DNA of 64,000 bases, from contig MU004233.1 in NCBI GenBank assembly GCA_010405405.1, positions 189,067 through 253,066 of the forward strand, written 5' to 3'. The notes under the pieces are model-generated. The model was given only the letters and a program-made list of their open reading frames with translations, made no database searches and was not told the DNA's origin. The stretch's first letter is position 1. Every line of letters starts with the position of its first letter. This DNA is from Microthyrium microscopicum. Taxonomy: Eukaryota. Shown piece after piece: positions 13,481 through 26,589 of this stretch. The translations under genes and the position numbers were made by a program.

Positions 13481-14291
13481 TCATATCGGAAGCCCAACAA
13501 TTCTCGGTCCAACACCTCCACGATGCGATAGATCTCCAAGCGAAGCTTCGAGCTTTCGATATTCCTCTTCCAGTTCTTCTTGCTTATTGCAACTTCTCGT
13601 GGTTTCAAAATCAACCAAAAGGACACCCTCTGGGTATATCAGAAAATTGTGCTTATTGATATCTCCATGCTTCAAGTCCATGGCATGTAGTTTTGTCAAT
13701 ATGCCTTGACACTGCTCCAAGTCTTGTAGAGTGGCAGTGCGAGCATCTTCAACAAATTCAGTCACGAAGCCAATCGTTCTGCCAGCTTCGGTTACATGTC
13801 CCAGGAACTTTGGTCCAATGCCAGAGCCATCAATCCATTGATAGGCAGTGGTTTCGCACTCTACCTGTGGTATCTGCCAAGAGAATTCTGCAAACTTGAC
13901 AAGTATGGGCTGAGAGAAGCTAGGGTGAGAGACTTTGTGGATGTTCTGGCGGAGGCGTTTGAGGTTGGTAAGCTCTAGCGGTCAATTTTGATGGAATGCC
14001 AGTTGTTTTCAACTCCAGGAAGTTCACTATATGTAATTCTTGAGAAAACAAGCTCGTTGTTCGTCTCGGCTTTACAGATGTGTGCTGAGTTCCAATGGCC
14101 AGTCGGGAATTCAGGCAATAGTGGGATCAGAATCGGCGCGAATGTTCGATGATCTTTTGGAAGGATTCCTGGCGCAGTCGTGACATTTTTGACGTCTTTT
14201 TGTCCACGAGGAAGCGATACTCGCCGCCTTCCAAGTCATCCCAGTCAACAAGGCATTGAAGAAGCTTGACGTTGCTGTTTCGTGCGTCCAT
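13481..14291 (-). pseudogene. Fungal protein-kinase-like gene with two frameshifts
   Basis: Conceptual translation MDARNSNVKLLQCLVD...EYRFLVD / VKNVTTAPG...FPTGHWN / ...VKFAEFSWQI...ETTAYQWIDGSGIGPKFLGH...HGDINKHNFL...LVDFE; needs 1-nt insertions near 14190 (A5 run) and 13980. Confidence 0.75.
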
Positions 14292-14404
14292 CACGACTGA
14301 CCTCAATCGAGCTTTCTGTGAACAAAGTCCTCTTGCTAAGCATAGTTTCCTTAGTTTCAGAAAACTCTGCCTGGTTTGATTACGCGGTGTATTTAGCCTA
14401 AAAG

Positions 14405-14560
14405 AGTCGGCCGATTGGAGATGAAATTCGGCGAGGCTGCTTACTCATCCTACAAGCGGGCGAAATTTCGCCGACGGCCAGGGTTTGTCGGCGAGGCTAA
14501 GATGCTATAAGGCTGGGGTTTGCGTCCTCTGATTGGCGGAATGAGATTTCGGACACCGTC
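14405..14560. promoter_or_regulatory. CGG-rich motif cluster, candidate Zn2Cys6 binding sites
   Basis: TCGGCGAGGCT at 14428 and 14488; perfect palindrome GGCGAAATTTCGCC at 14459-14472; additional CGG/CCG triplets. Confidence 0.4.
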
Positions 14561-14844
14561 AAAATAGCGAGTTCTATACCAATGCATCAGTGATTTAGTA
14601 ACCTGCTGAGAAATCAGCAGAAACTGCGGCTAGGAGCTAATGCATCTGTATAGATAGTGAGAGTATAAGATGGAAGCTGGAGAAGTCGAAAAGAACAACA
14701 TCAATTCAATCCCAATCATCACTTCCGCCATCAACAACAGCATTGTATACCTACCTAATTACTTACATAACTTTCCCTCTTCAAGCACTTCATATCCCAG
14801 CAAATCACCCAATTTCATAAACAGAAGCATTCAAACCTAAAACC

Positions 14845-16120
14845 ATGTCTCCAGCTCCAAGAGTTTTTGTCACTGGTGTGACCGGGTACCTGGGAGGTCA
14901 CACAGTTATGCGAATCATCGAGAAGCATCCTGAGTGGATCATCGTCGCCTTGGTACGCAATGTCAACCAGAGAAACACCATTCTTGCTCGTTGGCCGAAG
15001 ATTGAAGTTGTCCTTGGAGATCTGGACAGTAAAGAGCTTCTTATAGAAGAGGGCAAGAAGGCTGATGTGGTCGTTCGTGAGTAGCCCACAATTCTGCATG
15101 AATTCGTGAATCTTCCATGGAAACATATCTAATCTTCAACGACTAGAAATTGCATCATCGGACCACATTCCAGGTGTCCTGGCTCTCATTGAAGGTCTTA
15201 GCCAGAAGAAGCCTGCGCCAGGTCGGCTCATCCACGTCAGTGGAACCGGCATGCTCAACGATGTATCCAATGGATTTGGTAGGTCTATTTCTGTTGAACC
15301 GAAGTAGATCAGTCATACTAACGCGGCTTAGGACAACCTTCCGAGAAAGTTTACCATGACATCGCCGATGTGGTTGAGATAACTTCACTCCCCATTGAGA
15401 ACCATGTACACCGAGATGTCGATATCGCGGTGCTAGAAGGAAACAAGAAATACAGCGTCCCAACCGCAATTCTCTCGCCTCCTATGATTCATGGTGTAGG
15501 AAAAGGTCCAATCAAGACTAGGAGTATTCAAATTCCATTCCTCATCGACGCCATACTCAAGCATGGCAAGGGATTCCAAGTTCTGGAAGGCCAGAATATG
15601 TGGAACTGTAAGTTGTCCCCATTCTTCTCCTAATAATAGGCGTGGATATGCTGACATCCTCAATTCAGCACTTCACATCGATGATGCCGCATCAGCATTC
15701 ATCCTCCTCGTGGAAGAGGCTCTGAAACCCAACGGCGGTAATGCCCAGTGGGGCAGCGACGGATATTACTTTGCTGAAGCAGGCGAATTTGTAAGTTGAA
15801 CTTACGGCATTTCTAATTGCGCACATTACTGACCAAATTAGAAATGGGGAGACGTTTCCAAGGCCATAACCAATAGCTTATTGGCGCAAGGCGCCATCAA
15901 GAACGAAGATGTTGACAAGCTCACCGTTGAGCAAGCCTCCGCTCTACACCCATGGGCTCCGTTGCTTTGGGGAGGCAACTGCAGAGCTCGAGCTGATCGC
16001 CTCCACGCACTCGGATGGAAGGCTGCAGGACCGGATATGTTTGAAACGCTGCCATCGATGGTTGCGGAGGAGGTTAAGAACTTCGGTGCTCAATCCAATA
16101 CGACAACATTTGGAAAATGA
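14845..16120 (+). CDS. NAD(P)-dependent epimerase/dehydratase (atypical SDR)
   Basis: RVFVTGVTGYLGG Rossmann motif, LIHVSGTG, HRDVD, PPMIHGVG, HIDD; four short introns. Confidence 0.9.
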
Positions 16121-16590
16121 GGGGAATTTGTCAGCAGCTTTGGCAGGATACGTTGATAGATCTGAAGAATATGAATACTTTCAATATCAATAGATGAATT
16201 GGCATAAATATATTGTTGATTCTCTTATGCTCTTACAATGAAACTTTTCTCTGTAGATTGTACCGCGCTGGGTCATCTCTCGTTTCCTGCTATCTCATGC
16301 TCCGCCCCTGTCTTACGAAGCTTGACATTGACCCACTTTTCGTTCAAAAACAAACTTGGGCTTGATCATAACATCCTCACACCACAGTTTCAATCTTCTC
16401 GCTTCTCAGGGTTTATTTCACAGGCTGCAAACTGCAATTCACCTTTGCCGGCCAAGCGAAGCCGGTAGATCTGAATCTTGAGATCTCCAAGCCGAGACCT
16501 TGTGTCTATAAGTTATAGTACAGGTACATCTGCCCAAGAGGCATAAACTATCACCAACCGCTACAAGTGCCTTGACGACAGTCAACTGAT

Positions 16591-18760
16591 ATGGATGATG
16601 ACAGCGCCACATCGGCTCATGGCCGACCTTGCGTGACCTGTCGCAGAAGGAAGGTCAAATGCGACAAGACAAGGCCTTGCTCCAACTGTATCAGATCAAA
16701 GCAGCTTTGCACTTATGAGAGCAATGAGAACAACCCCATCATCCAAGACACCAGCCGCGCTAGTATAGTGCAATCAGATGGAGATGTTCGCGAGAGATTG
16801 GCGAGATTAGAGGCTCTGATGGCGAAGATGATGGTTCGAGATAGCGCTTCTGCGAGCCCTGGTGAGACCGATGAAGGCCAGCAAGACACCCAAGATGCCA
16901 TGAGGCTGCGCCATCAATCGTTGCAATTGTCTTCTTCACCACCAGCCTCAATTGAACATCCTCAGGCTCCTGTCGGGCAGATAGTATTCCAAGAGGGCTA
17001 TTCGGCCTATTATGATTCAGATTTCTGGCCTGTCCTGATAAGTGAGGTACAAAGTTGTCCATCCACTTCGCAGTAGAGAAATCAACGCTAAGTTCAAACT
17101 AGATCGAAGACCTCAGGCGTTTATTTGATGCTGAGCCGAATAATAAGACACCATGGATGTCGTCGTCAGTTCTGGGACTTCACATACAGATGCCGACGAC
17201 AGATCAGAGCATAATGCGGCCCACAGTACAGGAAAGCAACATGCTCTGTAGGCTATACTTCGAAAACGTTAATCCATTCATGAAGATATTACATCAATCC
17301 CACTTCGCGAAAGAGCTTGACCAGTATCGTCGAGGTGTGTTTCCGTTCTCTGAGGAGTATGAGGCTCTACTCTTCAGCATATATCTCTTGACTGTCAATA
17401 GCTTGCAGCCGCAAGTAGTTGAGACGATGTTTTGCACGGCAAAGCCGGCTCTCGTTGCTCGTTTTCAACTCGCTACTCAAGTCGCTTTGATGAGAGTCAA
17501 CTTCATCCAGACGGATAAGGTCTTAGTCTTTCAGGCATTGCTACATTACTTGGTAAGATAAACCTCATCGTCTGGGTGACTTTTGTTACATCCAAAACGC
17601 GAGATACATTTTAATCTGTTGTTATTGACCTTTCCCATGATCCAGACATTTTTATTCCAACAAAATCAGTCTCGACAAGCGACCGTCATACTGGGAAACG
17701 CAGCACATACAGCTCAAAGAATGGGCTATCATCGGGATCCAAGCCACTTCCCATATGCACCTTGGATATGCGAGCTCAGAAGACGATTATGGAATTATCT
17801 CTGCTGTCTTGATGCTCTTGCACTAAGTTCATACGGCGCAGAATCCTGTCTTCCAGCAACGGCAGATGCGCAGCCGCCCAAGAACGGAAATGATGAAGAC
17901 TGGCATGCCAATCGTTTTGCGAAGCTATCATCTGTTCCGTTGGATGCGAAGGGGTTTAAAGAAACAACATTCATTCTGGCGAGGCGAGGAATTGCTGGTT
18001 TAACTGTACAGCTTTCTCAATTCGATTCTAACGACCATGCAGCTAAGGAGAGACTGATTCGTCAAACAAAACTTAGCCTCGATGAAAAGTATCTCAATGA
18101 TATAGACCTGAGTAACCCATCTCAAACTGTTGTGGCTGCATTCATCGAAGTAAGTCTTTCAAGTTTGAGACTTACACTTCGCCATCGAAGAGTGATGCAA
18201 GCAACAGCTTCCTCACGCGACGCCGAGAGATATGAGTAAGTGCACAGTCTCTGCCCTGTTTCTCTCTTACCCTCGATAGTGAATTTGTTGCATCGTTGGA
18301 GTTACTAGAAGCCATCGAATACCATTGCTCGACATTTTCAGCTCTAAACTGGGAATGGGTCTTTCAGACGGTCGTTCCCTGGCTCGCAACCGCCATTGTT
18401 CTAACCTATCTTCCTCACGCAACTCAACAAATTGACATCGACCGTTCTGGAAAACAAATTGGAATCGTATTTCAGCGGTTTTCGGATCCTTTGAGCTCGA
18501 TATCGACGTGTCCAAAATGGCAACTTTTGGTGAGCCTGAGGCAACATATGAGCCAGACCGGTGGACAATTGGATCAGGGAGGGTCGAATGTAGGGCCAAG
18601 TGGAAGTGGTAGCAATACTGGATATGAGAGCGGGCTGCAAGATCCAGCACTGATATATATGGATGGTTTGGTGGATTTCGGGTCAACAGGGCAAATGGAT
18701 GTGCCTTTGGCTGATGAAATGGGATTTCAGGATATGATAGATATGCCGTGGAACTTATGA
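16591..18760 (+). CDS. Zn(II)2Cys6 transcription factor with fungal-specific TF domain
   Basis: CVTCRRRKVKCDKTRPCSNCIRSKQLC; YFENVNPFMKILH, AQRMGYHRDP, ELRRRLW; introns near 17047, 17553, 18236. Confidence 0.93.
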
Positions 18761-19270
18761 GCAAGCTACCTGGTAATATAGAAGAGGATTTTGTCTAGAT
18801 GAGAGTGATATAGGATGCTTTTCGAGAACTTTCAGTGGTAGACATCGCACGCAACGGACGCACGTCATTTATATTGTTGCCCCGTTGCCGCTCATTCACC
18901 TGGCCATAGATATTTCGGATAGAAATCAGCTCTTTAGCTTGTACACTTGAAGTCTTGTCTCGATCCAGGTCAATCGATCTTGAGGCTTCATAATTTTTGT
19001 TCATAGCATAAACTCTGATTGCAGAAAATCACACAGCCTTCAAGCTATTGCAGACCGTGTGGAGCTTTTGTGGATGGAAATTGAAATGTCGGAAAGTTTG
19101 TTGCTAAGGCTTGATGTGTATGGAAGACCGAATCAGACCCGGAAAACTGAAGATGTCATTGAGAGTTACAGATGTAGTCAGATGCCAATGACATCTGATT
19201 GCGATTTGTAGACTCTAACGTAACCGGTGAGCTCCCAGTCTCAGACCTTCTATCTTAGATATAGTCGTCA

Positions 19271-20197
19271 TTACGCAGTCTCTTTAACATGCATAAGAGA
19301 GAGTCGGCCGTAGCGCAAAGGCCCAATTCGCCTCACTGGACCGAAGTCTTTGAGGTGATCAAGTATGCCTGCTTGACTATATAGAATGTGGTAGCGAGGA
19401 GATTGCATGTCTTCCGAGCAAGCAAGACATGTCAGTCCCCATTGAACGTCCCCGGCGCTTGGCCCTAGGTATGGTGCCGAGATGATGGCTTTGTACCGTA
19501 CTGGCTCCACCGATCCGAAGTCCCGCTCTTTTTCTGTTGCTTTGGTCCAAAGAGCCGGGTCCGCTTCTTGCTCGACAGCGGTACGGTCAAAGTACTTGGT
19601 CCTCTTCTTGTGCATGAGTTTACCGGCTGTATACCGCCCAGGAAGGCTTGTGAAATGAGGAAGCTGGGTTAGACGTTTATTCGACGTACCGGCGCGACGG
19701 GCTGCTGTAGCAGTGATTGGCAAGTAGGCTTTCTTTTTCAAGTAGCAAGTAGAGCACACGCGCTGGCAGGTGATCAAGTATAGGTGCTCGCCAAAGTTCC
19801 CACAAGTTGCACATTCGCTAGTGATAAGACTGTTGTACAGGTGGTTGATGCTAAAACTGTATGCTTCTGTGGCGACGCAGGCGCCAATAATATATGGACA
19901 GTGTTCCAGGACTTGTCGGTATGGTTCGAGCGACTCGATCAGGATCCTCGCTCGTCGATTGACGCCCCGAAAAGCCAAGAGTGAGGGAATCGTAAGTTCC
20001 AAGCACACGTACAGGATTAGTTCGTCGGGAAGTTGATCGACTTGACCAAGTGAACACGAAGGTTGAGATGGATGTTCGCTGATGCTATAAGGGTAGTATC
20101 GTTTTAGGATCTTGTCGTCTAGAATGCGGCGATCTTCAATCAATCCTGGTCGCCGTCTTTGTCCACCAACGATGTAAGAAAAAGGCAAGTTCTCCAT
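19271..20197 (-). CDS. F-box domain protein with Cys-rich region
   Basis: LGQVDQLPDELILYVCLELTIPSLLAFRGVNRRAR F-box; CATCGNFG...LITCQRVCSTC; start could be as far upstream as ATG 20425. Confidence 0.85.
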   Translation of the reverse strand: MENLPFSYIVGGQRRRPGLIEDRRILDDKILKRYYPYSISEHPSQPSCSLGQVDQLPDELILYVCLELTIPSLLAFRGVNRRARILIESLEPYRQVLEHCPYIIGACVATEAYSFSINHLYNSLITSECATCGNFGEHLYLITCQRVCSTCYLKKKAYLPITATAARRAGTSNKRLTQLPHFTSLPGRYTAGKLMHKKRTKYFDRTAVEQEADPALWTKATEKERDFGSVEPVRYKAIISAPYLGPSAGDVQWGLTCLACSEDMQSPRYHILYSQAGILDHLKDFGPVRRIGPLRYGRLSLMHVKETA

Positions 20198-20827
20198 CTC
20201 ACGAGCTGAAGTTTCGCTCAAGCTAGATGGAAGAAGAAGTTGTAAAACATTGACATCGTGGTGAAAAAGGAACAAGAGGAGTAGAAGTTTCGAGACCCAC
20301 GCTACCAGATGGAGCCTAAACTCATTGAAGTTAGCGCCTGGAGTTGCCTGGTCTAACAATTGTAAGGGTGGGACGTGGTACCCCTGCTTAATCTGTACCA
20401 ACCTCGCAGTCGCGTTCGACACCATCTGCACCTCGAATCCCTTGATGTTTACCTCCTACTTCTCGAGTCTTTCCCACCACTCTTTTTTCTCTTTTCACCT
20501 ACTAGTCCTTTGCATTGTTAATTTCGGCCTGGCTTATACTGTTGATGTGTTTTTTATTATCTGTTTTACATTCGCTCTTGAGACAATCGTCTCCCGTCCT
20601 TAGCCATTGAAGTTGCGGAATGAGAAAGAGCATGGAATGTTGATATGTCCAGGTGGCTGTGAACTCTCGAAAACCGTTGATCGCGGACTGGCCTTGCCGA
20701 CTAAGTACTGCATGGAGAAGACTCTCCCTACTTCCTTAGGATACATCGCCGGACAACGCCTCCAAGAGAGCTTCACTCTCTAGGTTTCGATCAATCTTTT
20801 TTTGCTTCATGATTATTCTCCTCTAAA

Positions 20828-23800
20828 ATGCCTTTTCTTCGACCAGTCGTTGACTCGAGTGACGAAGATGTCAGATCAAGCTCGGGCTCGGGCTCGGGCT
20901 CAAATGGTGATGAAAAGACTGGGCTTTCGTTTGTTCAAGTGGACGCTGGAGAGACTCGAATTCCAACGTCGAGATTTTTGCCGTTCCACCCACCACTTCC
21001 AATCTCCAACGAGAAGGATGCAATTGAGGGACTCCAGAAACTTTGGCGAAGCGATGTCAGTAAACTTAAAAACAGAAAAGATGATATCGAAGAAGAAGAT
21101 TGCCCTGTGGTCCTACAGCATTTCACCATTTATCGCCAGCGCCATGGTGTCTATGAAATGGTCGAGCTGCACCACCTGGAAACAACTGACCGCATGCAAA
21201 CCATCAGCGAAATGTTATTCGATGGGATTTTGACGCTCAAGAATAAGGAGTTCTTTGTTCAGAAGTGTCGTTTCAGCATTCTATCTGTTGGAGGCTACGA
21301 TGCACTGAATTCTCCACGGGAATCTTGGATACGGTCCAAATGGTCTGACTACCATGGGCAATGGTACAAATTGGGAAATCCAAGCGGAGAATACAAAAAG
21401 TATTTCGAAGTCTTCCAATGGGTCGCCGATCTTGGAAAATACTTCATTTCCTATCTTGAGCACTTTCCTCAAGTCCAGTTCTCGTCATTTGAATCGGAGT
21501 TTAGTCGTTGGCTAGACCAAAACTGCTACTCGGATACATATGCCTCCTGGCGTCAACAATATGGCAAGACAGATTTCCGGAATGCCTTGACAGCGTATCA
21601 TCAATGGCTTTGGAAAGAAGCCGATGGTCTGAGTAATCGTAAACTTATCAATCATCCGATATGGCAAGAGTTTCGTCATGACACTCTTGGGGCCATACCA
21701 GAACAACCAATTGTGCAGAAAGACACCATCGTTACTCCATTGGTACATAACTGCTTTAAACACATGTATTTTGGACTTTGTCTGAAGCCTACTGGCTTTC
21801 AACCCCAAGTGGAACAGCGAAGACAACTGCGACGAAAAGAGTTATGTATGCCTGAAGTGCCTGCTACAACCAAACCAATCCTTTGCTTTACATCCTCTAA
21901 AACCGTCAAGATGGGCGATTTTGTTGCTATAGATCGAGACTCGGATGATCATGGATCTCGGTGGAAAGGGGCTGCCAGTGTGGTGTGGTTCGCCTACGTA
22001 CGCGAGATTATTCCAGCGAGAGACCCAATTCTGAAGATCACCTGGCTCTATAGTCCAGAAGATACCATCATCGGGAATGCATACTACCCGGTGCAAAACG
22101 AACTCTTCTGGAGTGACCATGAAGGAGACAAAATCCCTCTTAGCGAGGTGATAGGAGTCGTTGATATTGATATTTGTCCCAGAAGTATTCCAAAAGATAA
22201 GTACTTTATTCGGCAGAAGTATCAAAATACCGAGCATGCCTTTGTCGCGTTCAATAAGAAAGACCTTCAGCAGCTGCGTGCTAGAGCAACAGTAACAAAT
22301 AAGCTTGCTTATGCCTGTGGCGACACAGTGCTGTATCGATACGAGGGCCGTCTAGAGCCCGGAATCATCGACGACATATCCGAACATCGCATACGAATAC
22401 GCCGGCTTTCCCGCCTAGGTTCTTACTTCGAATCAAGCGCCATGAACGAGCTAGCATGGACCGAGAACTTCTTGTCGTTAAATCCGTCATGTTTAAGTCA
22501 TAAGTGCTATATTATCTTCATCAAACCACGAGATAAGGTTCCGCTGCTATATGACCGAAATGGCCAGGGAAATTGCTTTTTTATAAGCCACGTCTTCAAA
22601 GACGGCGCCATGGTCGCTCTCGAAGCAATTCCATCAGGAGTTATGAAGATAGGACCATCATTTGAGTCAGTATCACGTCTACCTTTACGATCAATTAGCC
22701 TGTTTTCCGGTGGCGGTAATTTTGACCGTGGACTTGAAGAAGCAGGCGCAATCAGGACAACTCACGTGGTAGAGCTAGATCAAAACGCAATCCACACCTT
22801 TCGTGTCAACTGTGAACACGTTGACGAAGTAAAGTTCTTCCAAGGTTCAGTTGATGACCACATCTACGCCGCAATCACCGGTCTCACCAACCCAAACGTT
22901 CCTCTTATTGGCGAAATTGATAACATTAGTGGTGGGAGTCCTTGTCAAGGGTTTTCTATGCTACAAATGGATACCAACAGCCTTGATTCGATGCGAAAAG
23001 CGTCGAAGATTGCTTCGTTTCTTAGCTACGTCGACACATACCTCCCAAGATTTGCTATTCTTGAGAACGTGCCAAGCATGAAGCGTCTTTTAGGACCGCA
23101 GAAAGACCAAAGTGTGCTAAAGCAAGTCATCGCTACGCTCGTGTCTATGGGCTACCAAACTCAGATTTGCCTTTTGGATGCTTGGAGTTTTGGCGCGCCT
23201 CAATCGAGAACTCGCCTCTTCATTCAAATTGCGAGCCCAGATATGGTTCTTCCAGAGATTCCTCGTCCCACGCACGCTCATCCTCTCAATCCGCGCAAAA
23301 GCTCCCTAGGTAAGAATTTCGCAGCCTTCGAAATTATACAACTACTTGATGCTAAAGCAAGCCAGGTGTCGCTCCTAATGGCGAGAACTTTGGAGAACGA
23401 AATCTCGATATTGCCCCATTTCCAACAGTCACAGCCCAGTCATGTACAGAAGATCTGCCGAAAATGGAGTTCTATCAGAACATCAAATTTCCCAATCATA
23501 AATCCTTCCGCGCGAAACCAATGGAAGAGCTGATTATTCGACGGATCCCCAAAAACACAACGATGGGACTCGTCGATGCCATTAACGGAGGACTTATGCC
23601 ATCCGCAATTGCTGAATACTGGTCGAAGCACACGAATGTGAGGCGAGCAAAGACTTCAAATTCGTTCAAAAGAATTCCATCCAACGCCTTGTTCCCCACA
23701 ATCACTACAAGTATCAATGCGAGCGATGCCATCAATGGTCGAGTTATTCACTGGGACCAGAATCGCATTATCAGCTTGGAGGAGGCTCGACGAGCTCAGG

Positions 23801-25098
23801 GATATCTGGAGAACGATGTGATCCTTGGAAGCATGCGAAACCAATGGAAGATTGTTGGGAACAGTGTCGCCAGACCAGTGGCATTAAATCTTGGACTCGC
23901 CATTCGAGAGGCGTGGCTGGCTAGTCCCGACCCATCGAATACGCCTCGTCGCACCCAGCATTTTACTTCGAATGTGATTATTGATTTAACCGGCTCACTC
24001 GGTTCCAGCCAACGAGAGGTGTCATCGCAGCTCTCCCAGCTTTCACTTACCCGAGTTCAGGTAGTCATCGATATTGACGTTTCACAAAGCAACCATCAAT
24101 CCCGCAACGAACAAAGACATGGCAACACTGTGTGGCATAAGAACGACATCATCATGACTGAACCAGAGGCCATCAAACATGACCTGCATGATCTTGTAAA
24201 TGGCCGTATGGTTGAACTCTTGACTCCGGACCAAAACATGAAGCATGATACGCGTCAAGTGCAGAAGTACGAAAATGGTTCGTCAAATAGCCCGATTTCA
24301 TCAGCGAGTACGAGTCAGTCTGGCACACGTCGAAATATACGTGCACCTACACAAACAATGGCCATGGCTGGAGTACCCGCCAACGATCGAGTCAAGATCC
24401 AGTCTACCTCAAGAGCAATGACTGCTGTTGTTCGAATTTCCCCTTCAAGAGCGTCGTCTTCAACAGAGCCTCTGAATGTGGTTTCAAGGAACGATCTATT
24501 ACCCAGGAAAAGAAATCTAGAAGATAGATCTGATGTCACCAAGCAGAATGGCGAAAAACGCGCGAGGTCTATCGACCGGCCAAGATTCGAACCATCTTTA
24601 CCAGCCAGTCTGAGCAATTCCTCCTCTACAGTATCCACTAATAACGCACCTGAAATACGGCGACCAGCTTCTGCGTGCTCATTCCGCGGGCCTGGCCAGT
24701 GGAGCTCAGGCCCAATCACTCCCAAATGTGCAGTTCCTGACACTCCAAGCGTTTTTTCAGCACCGTCTGCAATGGCAACATGCCCCCAGACGCAAATTCC
24801 ACTTACATTCAGCGGCTCAATGAAGCCACCTACCAGTAGAGCATCACTCCCGGGAGTACTAGCAACTTCTGCTTCTCCAACCTCACGGCACGGAGCTACC
24901 TACCCTCAAATTGCCGTCCCCTGCTCGCGCTCCCTCGGCTCACCGCAAATCACTTCTTGGAAGTCTGGTCCTTCTTCCAGTTCATGGAACCCGATGCCAA
25001 ATACGAATTTAGGAGGCCCTCCTAATCGTCCACTGACAGAAGCGTCATGGACTAAATTCTCGGAGCCAGAATTCAGCAGCTACACTGGAGCTTGGTAG
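20828..25098 (+). CDS. dim-2: DNA (cytosine-5)-methyltransferase, DIM-2 type
   Basis: BAH region (WLYSPEDT...ELFWSDH), motif I LFSGGGNFDRG, motif IV GGSPCQGFS, motif VI ILENV, QSRTRLF, EARRAQG, GNSV; intron 23310-23365 joins the two long ORFs. Confidence 0.92.
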
Positions 25099-25266
25099 CT
25101 TTGAGCTCCAGGTGGTTTGGATATTCGTAATGTCTAGATGAAGTGTATGAAGAGCATTTGCATAGCATTAGCATTGTATAATAGCATAGCACAGCATTTT
25201 CAAAGCCAAGACCAAGTCTTGTTGAGTAATTAACACTTCATTACTATCAATTGTTCTGCACTGCTA

Positions 25267-25494
25267 TTAGCAGTTACAGGATGGTTTGTTTTCACTGTAG
25301 GCGCAAGCACAGCCTAATCCACATTCCTCAACCACCTCCCAGCGTTCTTTATCACATTTGGCAATATATCCGTGAAAACCGTCGTGAAGCTCGAATCCAC
25401 CACAGGTAAGTGTGCCATCTGGCACGCGATGTATGGTATCTGGCCGCTTTCCACAGTCAGCTTCCACTCCAGTAATATAGTGCAATGCGCTCAT
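25267..25494 (-). CDS. Small Cys-rich CBM19-like protein, copy 1 (ancestral start appears mutated ATG->ATA)
   Basis: DGTLTC...IAKC...WEVVEECGLGCAC; aligns codon-for-codon with the 26824 paralog, with ATA at the position of that gene's ATG. Confidence 0.6.
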   Translation of the reverse strand: MSALHYITGVEADCGKRPDTIHRVPDGTLTCGGFELHDGFHGYIAKCDKERWEVVEECGLGCACAYSENKPSCNC

Positions 25495-26226
25495 GAATGC
25501 TAGAGCAAGATAGGCCTCTATTTGGGCTGCATGTTGTTAGCCGTTAGAACTCCATTACTGATGAGGACTTTGTTCGGGTATTACTTTGTATTGTGCCTAG
25601 TGTACTCTGTAGGAGATTAGGTTTTTTAAAATTCTAGTCGTTTTCGGCGCTGATGTTTAAGTCGATCTTCTGATGATCATAGGTAAATTTGGACTGGAGA
25701 AGAGCTTATATAGCTTGGGGTAGATATCATTCACTTCCAGCAAGTACTGTCCGAGCATCACTTCTGTACAATTCGTAAATCTGGTTCGTGACTAAGTTCG
25801 CAAGTGTGCCAGAACTTCTGTAAGAAGGAGTTACATAAGATGAGTAATTGATACATAATGCTTCGTAGCGTGGTAGGTCAAGTGATATAATTTTTCCGAT
25901 GAGACTGGTTGATGTTTGACTGGTAGAGTAGTAGAATTACCAAAAGCTGATCGACTGGCACTTCTTGTGCTCTACTTCAAGTGGTTATGCTAAAATATCT
26001 CTAAGGTATGCATAATCTACATCTTAATTGAGTGCTGTTCTAGTGAATCTTCCAGTCCTAAGGATTCATTGGTCTGAATATTTACCTTGTAAGCTTTTCA
26101 GATCTTTCGTTGGCTGCATTGGACTCTCACATAGAAAGGTTCTATTCCATACAATTGATATCCAGCTGGCTTGTTACACGATCGATGAGAAATGATGTCT
26201 TGATGAAGTGTACGAAGAGTATGTAC

Positions 26227-26462
26227 CTCTCGAGGGACAAAATAAGTGAGCCGTTTCCACAACTACTCCCATCAATTGAGATGGCTGCCATAACATTTCT
26301 TAGAGAGCGATTACTCTAATTCCTACTAGCGTCGTAAAATATTTCTCAAACCATCAAATACAACGGTAATTATAGTAGTCGCTCTTTAGGAAGTGTTATG
26401 GCAGCCATCGCAATCGATGAGAGTCGTCGTCCAGACGACTCACTTATTTTGTCCCGCGAGAG
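26227..26462. mobile_element. MITE-like hairpin element (related subfamily)
   Basis: Inverted arms CTCTCGAGGGACAAAATAAGTGAG...CTCACTTATTTTGTCCCGCGAGAG and GATGGCTGCCATAACA...TGTTATGGCAGCCATC; flanked by GTAC on both sides (palindromic, so a TA TSD is also possible). Confidence 0.8.
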
Positions 26463-26589
26463 GTACATAGCAGGCACTGTAAACTACATAGTACTGTAGG
26501 ATAGCATTGAGGCGGCCTAAGACCAACTCTTTTCAAACAACCAAGCTCTGTTTCAATGAGCTTATTTACATGTTGTAGAGTGCTTTCTT

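Noticed and set aside
19151..19196. 11-bp inverted repeat AGATGTCATTG...CAATGACATCT between convergent genes
   Set aside because: Short, single copy, no TSD or similarity to the MITE family.
19271..20828. Functional link between the F-box gene and divergently transcribed dim-2
   Set aside because: Only adjacency supports it; known DIM-2 pathways use a CUL4-DDB1 complex rather than SCF.
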